Below, piece by piece: positions 18,238-27,764 of a stretch of DNA of 35,061 nt. Position 1 is the stretch's first letter; every line of letters begins with the position of its first letter. The translations under genes were made by a program, and so were the position numbers. The stretch comes from Candidatus Zixiibacteriota bacterium (GTDB lineage: Bacteria > Zixibacteria > MSB-5A5 > UBA10806 > 4484-95). A model generated the notes under the pieces. The model made no database searches, was not told the DNA's origin, and saw nothing but the letters and a program-made list of their open reading frames with translations. The DNA lies in contig JAAYTW010000215.1 in the NCBI GenBank assembly GCA_012517955.1, positions 1 through 35,061 of the forward strand. The letters run 5' to 3'.

Positions 18238-18284
18238 TAACTTTCAACAAATTAAACTTCGTTTTATCAATTACTTAATAATAA

Positions 18285-18299
18285 TCAAATTTAATGCCA
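18285..18299 (-). promoter_or_regulatory. Putative sigma-54 (-24/-12) promoter for the GGDEF-like gene
   Basis: TGGCAT-TAAAT-TTGA versus consensus TGGCAC-N5-TTGC: correct spacing, GA instead of GC at -12. An IHF-consensus TATCAATTACTTA lies at 18265-18277. Confidence 0.5.
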
Positions 18300-18454
18300 T
18301 AACGCGGCGTATCGAATTAATTCTATATATTACTATTGTACGATACAACTTATTATCCTTTAAAAGGTTAGGCCGCTTCCCGGGCATAATGGAGTGAATG
18401 TCAATGACGATATTATTTGTTGTGTGCAGAATATTTCACAATATATGAATGCAA

Positions 18455-19849
18455 TCAGTCGATAATCTTATATTCCTTAATCTTGTACAATAATGACCGA
18501 TAGCTTATATCGAGCAATTTAGCCGCCTTGCGTCTGTTCCAGTTTGTTTTGGTTAGGCAGCGCGTAATAAGATTCTTCTCAACCTCAGCGACCACCTTAT
18601 CAACTTTGGCCTTTAGCGTAAAATTATCGTCATCAAGATTAACCGGCAACGCCATTTGTCCGGCGGCTGGAGCCGGAATCGGCCCTTTAAGGGTTTCGTA
18701 AATAATTTGTTCATCGCCCCTAACGACGATTTGTTTGGTAAGATTTTCGAGCTGGCGCACGTTTCCGGGCCAATAATAGTTGCAGAGGTGTTTCATGGTT
18801 TCCGGACGAATACTACGATAGTCTTTATTATATAATAAGCTATATTTTTCCAGATAGTGATTTACAATTAGCGGAATATCTTCTTTTCTATCACGTAACG
18901 GCGGCAATTGTATCGTGATTTCGTTCAGCCTATAATACAAATCATCGCGCATCAAACCTTTCTGCATCGCCTCTTCAAGATTACGGTTGGTGGCGCAGAC
19001 GATTCTAACATCGACATGGATATTATTAATGCCGCCGACTCTAACAAATTCCTGGTGTTCTAACACCTGTAGAAGTTTGGTTTGTAAATCGATTGGCATA
19101 TCGCCGATTTCGTCAAGGAACATTGTCCCTTTATTCGCGACCTCAAACCGGCCCGGCTTAGTTTTATTGGCTCCCGTGAAAGCCCCTTTTTCATATCCAA
19201 ATAGTTCCGCTTCCAAAAGCTCTCGGGGGATAGCCGCGCAGTTGACTTTGACAAATGGTTCGGCTTTGCGCGGGGATAAATTATGAATCATTCTAGCGAT
19301 AATCTCTTTGCCCGTTCCGGATTCGCCTCTTATCAAAACGGTTAACTCACTGGGGGCGACCTGTTCGACCACGTTTTTTACGCGCAGCATCGATTCCGAA
19401 TCGCCGATTAAGGTTTCATGCGCGGTTTCGCGAAGTTTTTTCTTTAAATTGCTGATTTCTTCTTTGAGCTTCTTTTTTTCCAGGACGGTTCGGATATGAA
19501 TTTCCAGTTCTTTGACATCAAACGGCTTATTGATAAACTCCGTGGCGCCGCGTTTGATGGATTCGACGATATTTTTGGTATCGCCGTGTCCCGATAGCAT
19601 CATGACATCCAAGCCGGTATCGAGCTTTTTGATTCGCTCAAGGATATCAAGGCCGTTAAGCCCAGGCATCTTGATATCGAGCAAGACAAGATCCGGTTGA
19701 GTTGATGGAGTCTTTTTGGAAAGAAGGCTTAACGCTTCCTGGCCATCGCGTACGGATTCGATTTCGAAACGTTCACCAAGGCCCTCCGAGATTATCCAGG
19801 GGACCTTAGGATCGTCGTCAACGACCAAAATTTTTACTTTTGTTTCCAT
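18455..19849 (-). CDS. Sigma-54-dependent response regulator (REC-AAA+-Fis HTH, NtrC/AtoC family)
   Basis: [61 protein letters not shown]. Confidence 0.96.
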   Translation of the reverse strand: METKVKILVVDDDPKVPWIISEGLGERFEIESVRDGQEALSLLSKKTPSTQPDLVLLDIKMPGLNGLDILERIKKLDTGLDVMMLSGHGDTKNIVESIKRGATEFINKPFDVKELEIHIRTVLEKKKLKEEISNLKKKLRETAHETLIGDSESMLRVKNVVEQVAPSELTVLIRGESGTGKEIIARMIHNLSPRKAEPFVKVNCAAIPRELLEAELFGYEKGAFTGANKTKPGRFEVANKGTMFLDEIGDMPIDLQTKLLQVLEHQEFVRVGGINNIHVDVRIVCATNRNLEEAMQKGLMRDDLYYRLNEITIQLPPLRDRKEDIPLIVNHYLEKYSLLYNKDYRSIRPETMKHLCNYYWPGNVRQLENLTKQIVVRGDEQIIYETLKGPIPAPAAGQMALPVNLDDDNFTLKAKVDKVVAEVEKNLITRCLTKTNWNRRKAAKLLDISYRSLLYKIKEYKIID

Positions 19850-19851
19850 AT

Positions 19852-21936
19852 TTAAATCGGCAAATCTATTTTAAAGGTTGTGCCTTCCCCTACTTTGCTT
19901 TCGACCGTAAGCCTACCATTATGCGCCGCAATGACTCTTTCGACAATCGCCAGACCCAAACCGGTGCCGGTTTCTTTTGTCGTATAATATCTTTCGAATA
20001 TTTTCGGCAATTCATTTTCGGGAATGCCACAGCCGGTATCGGAAATCGTCATATGAACATACGGCTCCGCCTTTGGATGTGGTCCTATTTTGACAATTAT
20101 ACGGCCGCCCGACTCCATGCTTTCGACCGCATTTAAAATGATGTTGAGGATAGATTCAAGAATTTCATTTCTATTTATTTCAATATCCGGCACTGTCTCG
20201 CAAACGAGTTGAAAATCGATATTCTTTTTTTGAAAATCGCGCGCAAGCAACTCAGCGACCTTTTCAACCACGTTTTTAAGCGATTCGCGTTGAGTGTAAT
20301 ATTTGTTAGGGTTGGCGAAATTGACGATTTCTTTTACCAATTCATGAAGGCGGTTAAGCTCTTTCTCACTACCGGCGAAAAATTCATCGGCGAGGGGACC
20401 GTCGAATTTATCCCTGTAAATCTGGATATTGCCTTTTATATTCGTAAGGGGTTTTTTCAAATCATGGCAGATTTCGGAAATCATTTTCCCCATAGAGACC
20501 AATTTCGTCGCGTTAAGAACAGCCTTCTGCCTTTCATATATTGAAGCGGCCTGGGCGGCCACAATTGTCGATAGATTTTGTCCTGTCGCGCTAAGTGCGC
20601 CATCAGATAAAATTACCATAAATCCCGAAATCGCTCCTCTTAATTGAACCGGGATAATCTCGGTTGCAAACTTATTTCGGGCGGCATACTCTGCAAAAGA
20701 ATTCAGTAGCTGGCCGCCTATGGTATTTATATCGACATCCTGCCCGATTCCTATAACTTCTTTAGCGATTTTTAGTTCTGTCGGAAACAGTCTTTCGGGA
20801 CCGCATCTTTCGGACTCATAATGCAATTCAAGCCGTAAAGAATTGGTACGTTCAATCAGACCAAACCAGAAAATCGCCTGAATATTGTGAATCAGTTTGC
20901 GCATTTCAAAATAAATCGTTTCGCCAACTTTATCGATATCGTCGATAGTCGATATTTTTCTGGTGATATCGAAAAGTATCGAAAGTTCGTTGATTTTTTC
21001 GACTCTCTCGCCGAAAATGTTCGCTCTATCTATAGCGATTGCCGCTTGAGCGGCCAGAGAACTCAAAATTCTCAAGTCATCGTTATCAAAAGGAGCGCCG
21101 TTTATCTTATTGTTCAGATTAATTACTCCAAGAATATTACCTTTGTATTGAAGAGGCACCGAAATCAGCGATTTTGATTCGTAATGCTGACGGTTGATTC
21201 TGGAAAACCGCGGATCTTTTTCGATATTGTCAATCATTAAGGGTTTTCCCGTCTTGGCCACATATCCCGAAATTGAACTGCCCACTTTCATTCGGGTATT
21301 AGACACAATTTCGTTGGCCAAGCCGCAAGCGGCGCCGATATAAAGTTCCTGTTTATTCGGGTCCAAAATCATCACCGAACCGATACGAGCCCCGATAACA
21401 TCGATAGCCAATGAAAGTATTTGAGTAAGGGCCTCGGTTAAATCAATTGTCGATGCCAGAATCGTGCTGGCGCTGTAGAGCGCGTCGAACTGCGCCAACG
21501 ATTGGCGTAATTTAGTATTCGCAATCGTTAATTCATCGAGAAGCCGTTCTTTTTCGATAGCGGTATGGCGTTTTTCCAACGAACGGGCGATTGTTATTTT
21601 CAATTCCTCAAATTCGACCGGTTTCGCCAGATAGCCGAAGGCGCCTTGGTCGACCGCCTCCTTTGCCGATGCCAGCGAGGCATAGCCGGTCATCAGAATA
21701 ACCTCAAGATAAGGGTCCCGCTGACGGGCACGGCGAAGGATTTCCAGACCGGAGACCTTTGGCATCTTGATATCAGTAATAATAAGGTCGAAATCGTTTT
21801 CGGCCAATAATTCGAGGGCCTTTTCTGGATTGGTCGTGGCTTGAACCTGATAGTTTTCCATTTCGAGGAGCGTCTTCAGGCTGTCGCACATCCCCTTTTC
21901 ATCATCGACCAGCAATATGTTGGCTTTATGTTTCAT
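19852..21936 (-). CDS. Hybrid histidine kinase (REC-GAF-GAF-like-HisKA-HATPase)
   Basis: ILLVDDE/ITDIKMP receiver; GAF SLISVPL...GVINLNNK; H-box EICHDLKKPL; NAVESM, DTGCGI, GTGLGL. No transmembrane segment seen. Confidence 0.92.
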   Translation of the reverse strand: MKHKANILLVDDEKGMCDSLKTLLEMENYQVQATTNPEKALELLAENDFDLIITDIKMPKVSGLEILRRARQRDPYLEVILMTGYASLASAKEAVDQGAFGYLAKPVEFEELKITIARSLEKRHTAIEKERLLDELTIANTKLRQSLAQFDALYSASTILASTIDLTEALTQILSLAIDVIGARIGSVMILDPNKQELYIGAACGLANEIVSNTRMKVGSSISGYVAKTGKPLMIDNIEKDPRFSRINRQHYESKSLISVPLQYKGNILGVINLNNKINGAPFDNDDLRILSSLAAQAAIAIDRANIFGERVEKINELSILFDITRKISTIDDIDKVGETIYFEMRKLIHNIQAIFWFGLIERTNSLRLELHYESERCGPERLFPTELKIAKEVIGIGQDVDINTIGGQLLNSFAEYAARNKFATEIIPVQLRGAISGFMVILSDGALSATGQNLSTIVAAQAASIYERQKAVLNATKLVSMGKMISEICHDLKKPLTNIKGNIQIYRDKFDGPLADEFFAGSEKELNRLHELVKEIVNFANPNKYYTQRESLKNVVEKVAELLARDFQKKNIDFQLVCETVPDIEINRNEILESILNIILNAVESMESGGRIIVKIGPHPKAEPYVHMTISDTGCGIPENELPKIFERYYTTKETGTGLGLAIVERVIAAHNGRLTVESKVGEGTTFKIDLPI

Positions 21937-23284
21937 CGGCCCGTTTCAATGGCAACGTTATAATAAACGTCGCTCCTCCCCTAGGATTGTTACGTACAAC
22001 TATATTACCTTGATGCCATTGGATTATTCCATAACAGACGGATAATCCCAATCCGGAACCCTCCCGGCCGGGCTTGGTCGTGAAAAAAGGCTCAAACACT
22101 TTGGAAATGATTTCTTTAGGAATTCCCGGTCCGTTATCGCTGAATTCTATATTTATATTATTGCCGTTGATTTTCGCCGAGACATCAATTTGGCCGCCGG
22201 AGGGCATAAAATCGCGCGAATTCATCAACAAGTTCAAAAACACTTGTTTAAGCTTCTCTGGGGAACCCGGGATAATCGGCATTTTATTGGGCAGGTCCAA
22301 ATTGACGTCTATATCCGCGTTGGAAAGTTGATTAGACATCAGGGCAAGCGATTCGGCAATCACACATTTTAAATCGACCTGGTCGATTTCTTCCTGCTGG
22401 GGCCGATAAAAATCCAGCAATTGTCGGACTATTCCGGCGATTCGCTTAACCTCTTCTTTCAGGATATTGATATAATTGGCGTATACGTCATCGGGCAATT
22501 TACGATTTGACAGTATTTGCAGATAATTGCTGATAATACCGAGCGGATTATTGACCTCATGAGCAATCGAGGCCGATAGTTTGCCGAGAGCCGCCATTTT
22601 CTCGCTTACAATAAGCAATTGCTGAGTGTGCTCCAATTCCCGTCGGGCTTCGCGCTCGCGCACATATAAGTTCGAATTTTCCAAAGCCACCGAAAGCTGA
22701 TTCATCAGGAGCGACAAAAACTCAATATCATTTTCATGATATTCGGCACCGGATATTTTTGCCGGTAAAAACAAAAGTCCCAACAGCCTGTTTTTCATTG
22801 TCAGAGGCACAATAAGATTGACGTTGTATTGCCTCAGAATCGCCAGAATACACTTGTTTACATCGAATAACTCTTCGAATTGGTTTATCGTCAGGGGCTT
22901 GCCGTTCCTGATAATGGAATCGATTTGGGGATTTCGGGGATCAATCGCAATATCGGATAAGCTTACGGGGTCAATTCCTTTAGCGTAGACTTTATTCAGC
23001 AACGGAGAATCGGGACCAGCGGTGATAATCGCGGCGCTTTCAACCCCCATCTGGCCGAGACAAGTCAATAAAATCGCGTCGATAAGCGTATCGGTATCAA
23101 GCATCGATGACAAGTGCCGCGAGATTTCAAAAACAGTATAAAGGTCGAAAATTTTACGTCGAAGGCGCCGGTTGTTCTCCGAAAGTTCGCCCAGCTGTTC
23201 GGTCATAATTTCTATATTAGCGAGATCTTCGCTATGGGATGGATTGGTTGGTTCGAGTTCAGCCATCATTATTACTTTCGGCAT
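21926..23284 (-). CDS. GAF-domain sensor histidine kinase
   Basis: GAF (IVPL...LGLLFL), SEKMAALGKLSASIAHEVNNPL, QVFLNLLMNS, DNGPGI, GSGLGL. The start may be 23269 or 23266. Confidence 0.93.
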   Translation of the reverse strand: MPKVIMMAELEPTNPSHSEDLANIEIMTEQLGELSENNRRLRRKIFDLYTVFEISRHLSSMLDTDTLIDAILLTCLGQMGVESAAIITAGPDSPLLNKVYAKGIDPVSLSDIAIDPRNPQIDSIIRNGKPLTINQFEELFDVNKCILAILRQYNVNLIVPLTMKNRLLGLLFLPAKISGAEYHENDIEFLSLLMNQLSVALENSNLYVREREARRELEHTQQLLIVSEKMAALGKLSASIAHEVNNPLGIISNYLQILSNRKLPDDVYANYINILKEEVKRIAGIVRQLLDFYRPQQEEIDQVDLKCVIAESLALMSNQLSNADIDVNLDLPNKMPIIPGSPEKLKQVFLNLLMNSRDFMPSGGQIDVSAKINGNNINIEFSDNGPGIPKEIISKVFEPFFTTKPGREGSGLGLSVCYGIIQWHQGNIVVRNNPRGGATFIITLPLKRADET

Positions 23285-23365
23285 TAAGAAAGTTAATGTT
23301 AATGTGCGTTAAAGAATCGGAGTCCCCTCTTGGCGATTTGAGAAACCCAATCATATAAATTGATA

Positions 23366-23393
23366 ATAGTACCAAAGAGCTTACAATTGTCAA
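23366..23393 (-). promoter_or_regulatory. Sigma-70 promoter of the kinase operon
   Basis: TTGACA-N16-TACTAT with an extended -10 TG. Confidence 0.55.
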
Positions 23394-23581
23394 TAAAGAA
23401 ATATAGCCCAATTTTATATTGCGTTGATAGTTCGATAACGATATAATGAAATCGTTATTCAAAATGGTAGTTACAGATAAGATAAATTAGTGAGGCGGCT
23501 TAATTTTCGACAAAGCGATAACGAATAGCAAAGGCAAACCGATAAATATAAACAATTACTTTAAGCATTACCTACAATAAT

Positions 23582-24679
23582 ATGACATACAATGAATTAA
23601 TAGATATTTATATTGGAGCATTGAGCGATATTATCAGCATTGATGTCGTTTATGGAGGAGCGGGCGAAATCATTTTTAAGGGTCGGCTTAACGATAGTGC
23701 TCTTATATCGGATTCGCTGATAGAAGATCGCTTGAGAAGACTTCCGGGAACCCCGCGTCTTTTGAGCAGCCGTCCCAATACAGTAATCCAGGTGCGGATA
23801 CCAGAAGAAATAGTCAGGCGGCCTATCCCCTGGCTCAACATAATCCTTTTTATCCTGACAGTTTTTTCGACCATATTAAGCGGGGCCGGACTTGAGGGAA
23901 TGGATATTTTGGGTAATCCATCCCTGATATGGAATAATCCACTTGACATAATAAAGGCTGGAATCCCGTTTTCGTTCGCCCTGTTGGGAATTCTTTTATT
24001 TCATGAGTTCGGGCATTATATCGCCTCGCGGCGAAATGGCGTAAAGGTAACGCTTCCGTTTTTTGTGCCTTTCCCCAATTTCGTGGGGACGCTGGGGGCG
24101 GTTATCAGATCAAAATCCCCATTTATCAATAGACGGCAACTTATGGAAGTCGGCGCAGCCGGACCTTTGGCGGGCGTGGTAATAGCCATTCCTTTATTGA
24201 TATGGGGAACGGCTCATTCCAGATTCATTCCTGAGCCGCCAAATCTTGACGGCATGATAAATTTGGGGTCATCGCTTTTAATTTATGTCATAAATAAGCT
24301 GTTCTCGCCGACGCCGCCGGTCGGGATGATAAGCATTATTCATCCGGTGGCATTTGCCGGTTGGGTCGGGCTTTTGGTTACCATGTTAAATCTCATGCCA
24401 ATCAGTCAATTGGACGGCGGGCATATTCTATACGCATTGTTCGGCAAGTTTCAGCATAAATTGGCATATTTATTTATCGCGATATTGGTGGCTTTATCGT
24501 TTTACTGGATGGGGTGGTTAATTTGGATCGTTTTCGGTCTCTTATTAAAACCAAACCACCCGCCGACCGTTTTGGATGATATCCCTCTGGAAAGAAAACA
24601 TAAAATCGTTGGATATATTTGTATATTGCTGTTTATTTTTTGTTTTATGCCCGTGCCGATTTCTATTACCGCTCCTTAA
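23582..24679 (+). CDS. Site-2 protease family (peptidase M50) membrane metalloprotease
   Basis: HEFGH, GAAGPLAG, NLMPISQLDGGH, several TM helices, soluble N-terminal extension of about 80 aa, no PDZ domain. Confidence 0.93.
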   Translation: MTYNELIDIYIGALSDIISIDVVYGGAGEIIFKGRLNDSALISDSLIEDRLRRLPGTPRLLSSRPNTVIQVRIPEEIVRRPIPWLNIILFILTVFSTILSGAGLEGMDILGNPSLIWNNPLDIIKAGIPFSFALLGILLFHEFGHYIASRRNGVKVTLPFFVPFPNFVGTLGAVIRSKSPFINRRQLMEVGAAGPLAGVVIAIPLLIWGTAHSRFIPEPPNLDGMINLGSSLLIYVINKLFSPTPPVGMISIIHPVAFAGWVGLLVTMLNLMPISQLDGGHILYALFGKFQHKLAYLFIAILVALSFYWMGWLIWIVFGLLLKPNHPPTVLDDIPLERKHKIVGYICILLFIFCFMPVPISITAP

Positions 24680-24768
24680 ATCCCAATAAATTTTCCGATA
24701 TTGAATCGCTAAAAAAAATCGATTCACTGCCGATTTCTAATATGGAAAAATAAAGGAGGTATGCTAAT

Positions 24769-25053
24769 ATGCCGGCAAAAAAAGAAATATCGGCTGGTTC
24801 ATTGCCAAAGCCTGGTTACGATGGAATTTGTCCGCAGTGCGGTCGGCCTACCCGCTTTCTGCACGCGGAACAGTTCCCTGGAGACGGTCCATTTATCGCT
24901 TATCAAGAACCTCTTGAGAAGCAAAAGATTCCGCTCGTACAGGTACGGAAAATGAAATGCAATCGCGACGATTGCCGCCAGCTGATAGTTACATTGGACT
25001 GCCCAACATTCAGCGGTATCCTTTATCCAAATCAGAATACATCTAAAAATTAG
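24769..25053 (+). CDS. Small hypothetical protein with putative zinc ligands
   Basis: Strong AAGGAGG RBS; CPQC...CNRDDC; followed by a terminator. Confidence 0.65.
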   Translation: MPAKKEISAGSLPKPGYDGICPQCGRPTRFLHAEQFPGDGPFIAYQEPLEKQKIPLVQVRKMKCNRDDCRQLIVTLDCPTFSGILYPNQNTSKN

Positions 25054-25076
25054 TTAAATAGTTTATAACGAAATAA

Positions 25077-25107
25077 AAACAGGCGGTCGGGATACGATCG
25101 CCTGTTT
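25077..25107. terminator. Bidirectional intrinsic terminator between convergent genes
   Basis: AAACAGGCGGTCG-GGATA-CGATCGCCTGTTT with flanking A- and T-tracts. Confidence 0.8.
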
Positions 25108-25126
25108 ATTTATATTCGGTGATGGC

Positions 25127-26572
25127 TCACCCCTTGATATTGGCCAATGGTATAAAGCGCGCCACTTTAAGGGAAATCCCCAGTTTATGAACCGCGTTGA
25201 CCACCTGTTCGACGTTTTTATAGGCGAACCCAGCCTCCTCAGCCAAACCTTTTAACGAGGCGGTTCTCACCAGAATTCCCTGCGATTCCATCTGGGACCT
25301 TAAGGCCGCTCCCTGAATTCGTTTCATGGCGGCCGCCCGCGACATTGTGCGGCCGGCGCCGTGAAGTGTGCTACCGAAAGTTATTTCGCCGGATTTTTTC
25401 GTTCCAACCAAAAGATAGGATCCGGTCTGCATTGAGCCGCCGACCAAGACAGGTTGGCCGATAGCCCGATACATTTCCGGCAAGTCGGGCGAGCCAGGGC
25501 CAAATGCTCGAGTTGCGCCTTTTCGATGTACTATAACTTTTTCGTAGCCCTTTCCGGTATCGTGGCTTTCTATTTTGGCTATATTGTGGGCGACATCATA
25601 GATTAGCCGCATTTCGAGGTCTTCGGGCTTCTTGTGAAACACCCGCGAAAAGGCCTCCCGTATCCTGTGGGTTATTACCTGGCGGTTTGCGAAAGCGGCA
25701 TTGGCGGCGCAGGCCATCGCGCCATAATAGGCTTGACCCTCGGGCGAATCGAAAGGGGCGCACGCGAGTTCGCGGTCGTTGGTGTGGATACCATACCGTT
25801 TCATCGCCTGGCCAAAACTCTGTAGATAATCGGTTCCTATCTGATGGCCGAAACCGCGCGACCCGCAATGAACCATCACGGTAATTTGATTTTCCCGCTC
25901 AATTCCCATCATTTCGGCTGTTTTTTTATCGCATTCATCGTCGAAACTCGTCTTTTGGATTTCCAAATAATGATTACCGGAACCCAGCGTGCCGATTTGG
26001 TCAAAACCCCGTTCGCGGGCTTTGGCCGACACCGCTTGCGGCTTCGCGCCGGGAATTTGCCCGCGTTGTTCGGTAAAATCGATATCGCTTTCCCAGGCGT
26101 AGCCGTTTCTGTAACACCAAGATACCCCTTCTATCATTAAATTATCAAATTCCTTGTCGGTCAATTTCACAAAACCCGTTGAACCTACTCCGGAAGGAAC
26201 AAGCCTGAAAAGTGTGTCAATCAGTTCTTTTAATTTTGGTTTTAATTCATCCTCGGTCAGATTGGTTCTTATCAACCGCACGCCGCAGTTTATATCGAAA
26301 CCAATTCCGCCGGGCGAAATCACGCCGTCATTCAGACCAAAAGCGGCCACGCCGCCAATTGGGAAACCATAGCCGCGGTGACCATCGGGAATACAAACAG
26401 CATATTTACGGATACCGGGAAGACAGGCGACATTAGTTATTTGTTCGATTACGCCTTCATCGAGGTTTTTTAAGATATCCTCGGAGGCAATCAGTCTGGC
26501 CGGTACTTTCATTCCGGCTTTGGCTGAAGGAGGGATTTCCCAAGTAAATTCATCTATACGTTTCTTTTCCAT
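25127..26572 (-). CDS. rtcB: RNA 2',3'-cyclic/3'-phosphate--5'-OH ligase RtcB (long, archaeal-like type)
   Basis: PDGHRGYGFPIGG, GFDINCG, GSGNHYLE, HCGSRG, YDVAHN, HRKGAT, HGAGR, AYK. Confidence 0.97.
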   Translation of the reverse strand: MEKKRIDEFTWEIPPSAKAGMKVPARLIASEDILKNLDEGVIEQITNVACLPGIRKYAVCIPDGHRGYGFPIGGVAAFGLNDGVISPGGIGFDINCGVRLIRTNLTEDELKPKLKELIDTLFRLVPSGVGSTGFVKLTDKEFDNLMIEGVSWCYRNGYAWESDIDFTEQRGQIPGAKPQAVSAKARERGFDQIGTLGSGNHYLEIQKTSFDDECDKKTAEMMGIERENQITVMVHCGSRGFGHQIGTDYLQSFGQAMKRYGIHTNDRELACAPFDSPEGQAYYGAMACAANAAFANRQVITHRIREAFSRVFHKKPEDLEMRLIYDVAHNIAKIESHDTGKGYEKVIVHRKGATRAFGPGSPDLPEMYRAIGQPVLVGGSMQTGSYLLVGTKKSGEITFGSTLHGAGRTMSRAAAMKRIQGAALRSQMESQGILVRTASLKGLAEEAGFAYKNVEQVVNAVHKLGISLKVARFIPLANIKG

Positions 26573-26575
26573 GGC

Positions 26576-27001
26576 TTATAAATCCAAAATTACCCTAACC
26601 CTATAATAACCAGAGTCGTTTATTTCGATTTTCAATTTATGATAGGTGGCTGCCTTGACATCAATTTTCGGTTGATGTTTATCTCTATCAATCGGCTCAC
26701 CTATCGCTTTACAATATAAACTATAATTTCCGGAAATTTCGACAATAAATTTGCTGAAGAGCATTTTTTTCGTGTCCTTCAAATATATCAATTCGGATAA
26801 AAATCCGAATAGCAGGTCTTCAAGCGAATCCGCATTCAGGTTGAATTCAACAGGTATTTTGCTTTCAATCAGTCTGAGCTCGGAAATCGCTATAAAGACA
26901 GCTTTTCCGCACTCGATAAAAAGCGATTCGAGCGATTCGGCGAAGGCCTCGAATTCGAAATCGGCGGAGGCGCCATCCTCTATAACGCGAATCGGGGTCA
27001 T
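26576..27001 (-). CDS. Archease
   Basis: SADFEFEA, LL..FLSELIYL, GEPID, DVKAATYH, C-terminal DL; adjacent to rtcB. Confidence 0.92.
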   Translation of the reverse strand: MTPIRVIEDGASADFEFEAFAESLESLFIECGKAVFIAISELRLIESKIPVEFNLNADSLEDLLFGFLSELIYLKDTKKMLFSKFIVEISGNYSLYCKAIGEPIDRDKHQPKIDVKAATYHKLKIEINDSGYYRVRVILDL

Positions 27002-27002
27002 A

Positions 27003-27764
27003 TCAACCGGCCTGTTTTCTGATATCAGCGCACGCCAGCGCGAAAACGGTTACTTTTAGGGCGCCCGCAGAATATAAAGCCCGGGAGGCTTCCCTGCTTG
27101 TAGCGCCGGTAGTAACGATATCATCGACCAGTAATATCGATTTCCCCCTCACGGAATCAATATCTTCGACGGCGAAAACATCTTTCACGTTCAACCAGCG
27201 TTCCTTTGCCGACAAATTGGCCTGGAGCCGGGTAGGCTTGATTTTATGGAGCAGATTCAGGTCTATCGGCGCGTTTATTATTGAGCCAATTTTCTCCGCT
27301 ATCAAATCAGATTGGTTGAAACCGCGATGTCGTTTATCCTTAGGGCGAAGCGGTATCGGCACAATCTTTTCGCAAGCGATTTTCGACAAGCGTTCACTCA
27401 TTACATTTAAAGCCATATCAATTAAAAAGGAGCCCAGCCTGATATCTCCCTGAAATTTGAATCCATGAATGAGCGATTTCACGGTTTCCGTATAGTCGCA
27501 CCAGTAAAACATCGACGGCATAGGATAACGATTATCTATCAAGCAGCCGCAGGCGATTGCTTGCGGGGCATGACAAATCAGACATACCGGCCCTTCGCCG
27601 TGGAAATCATTGACAAGCCGCAAGCGGCAGATATCACACAGAGGCAGATGGTTGTATTCGAGGTTGCGCCCGCATCCCGAACACAACGGGGACGAAATAA
27701 ACGCGAACAGGTCATCAAGAAGAAATCGCGATTTTTTAATTAATTCCGGAAGAAACCCGGGCAT
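27003..27764 (-). CDS. comF: ComF family protein (double zinc ribbon plus PRTase)
   Basis: CSGC, CDIC, CLIC; VPIPL, RGFNQS, LLVDDIVTTGAT. Confidence 0.9.
   Translation of the reverse strand: MPGFLPELIKKSRFLLDDLFAFISSPLCSGCGRNLEYNHLPLCDICRLRLVNDFHGEGPVCLICHAPQAIACGCLIDNRYPMPSMFYWCDYTETVKSLIHGFKFQGDIRLGSFLIDMALNVMSERLSKIACEKIVPIPLRPKDKRHRGFNQSDLIAEKIGSIINAPIDLNLLHKIKPTRLQANLSAKERWLNVKDVFAVEDIDSVRGKSILLVDDIVTTGATSREASRALYSAGALKVTVFALACADIRKQAG

Noticed and set aside
23259-23462. 67-aa ORF with a hydrophobic stretch upstream of the kinase
   Set aside because: TTG start without an RBS; it spans an AT-rich promoter (TTGACA...TACTAT), which explains the hydrophobic codons.
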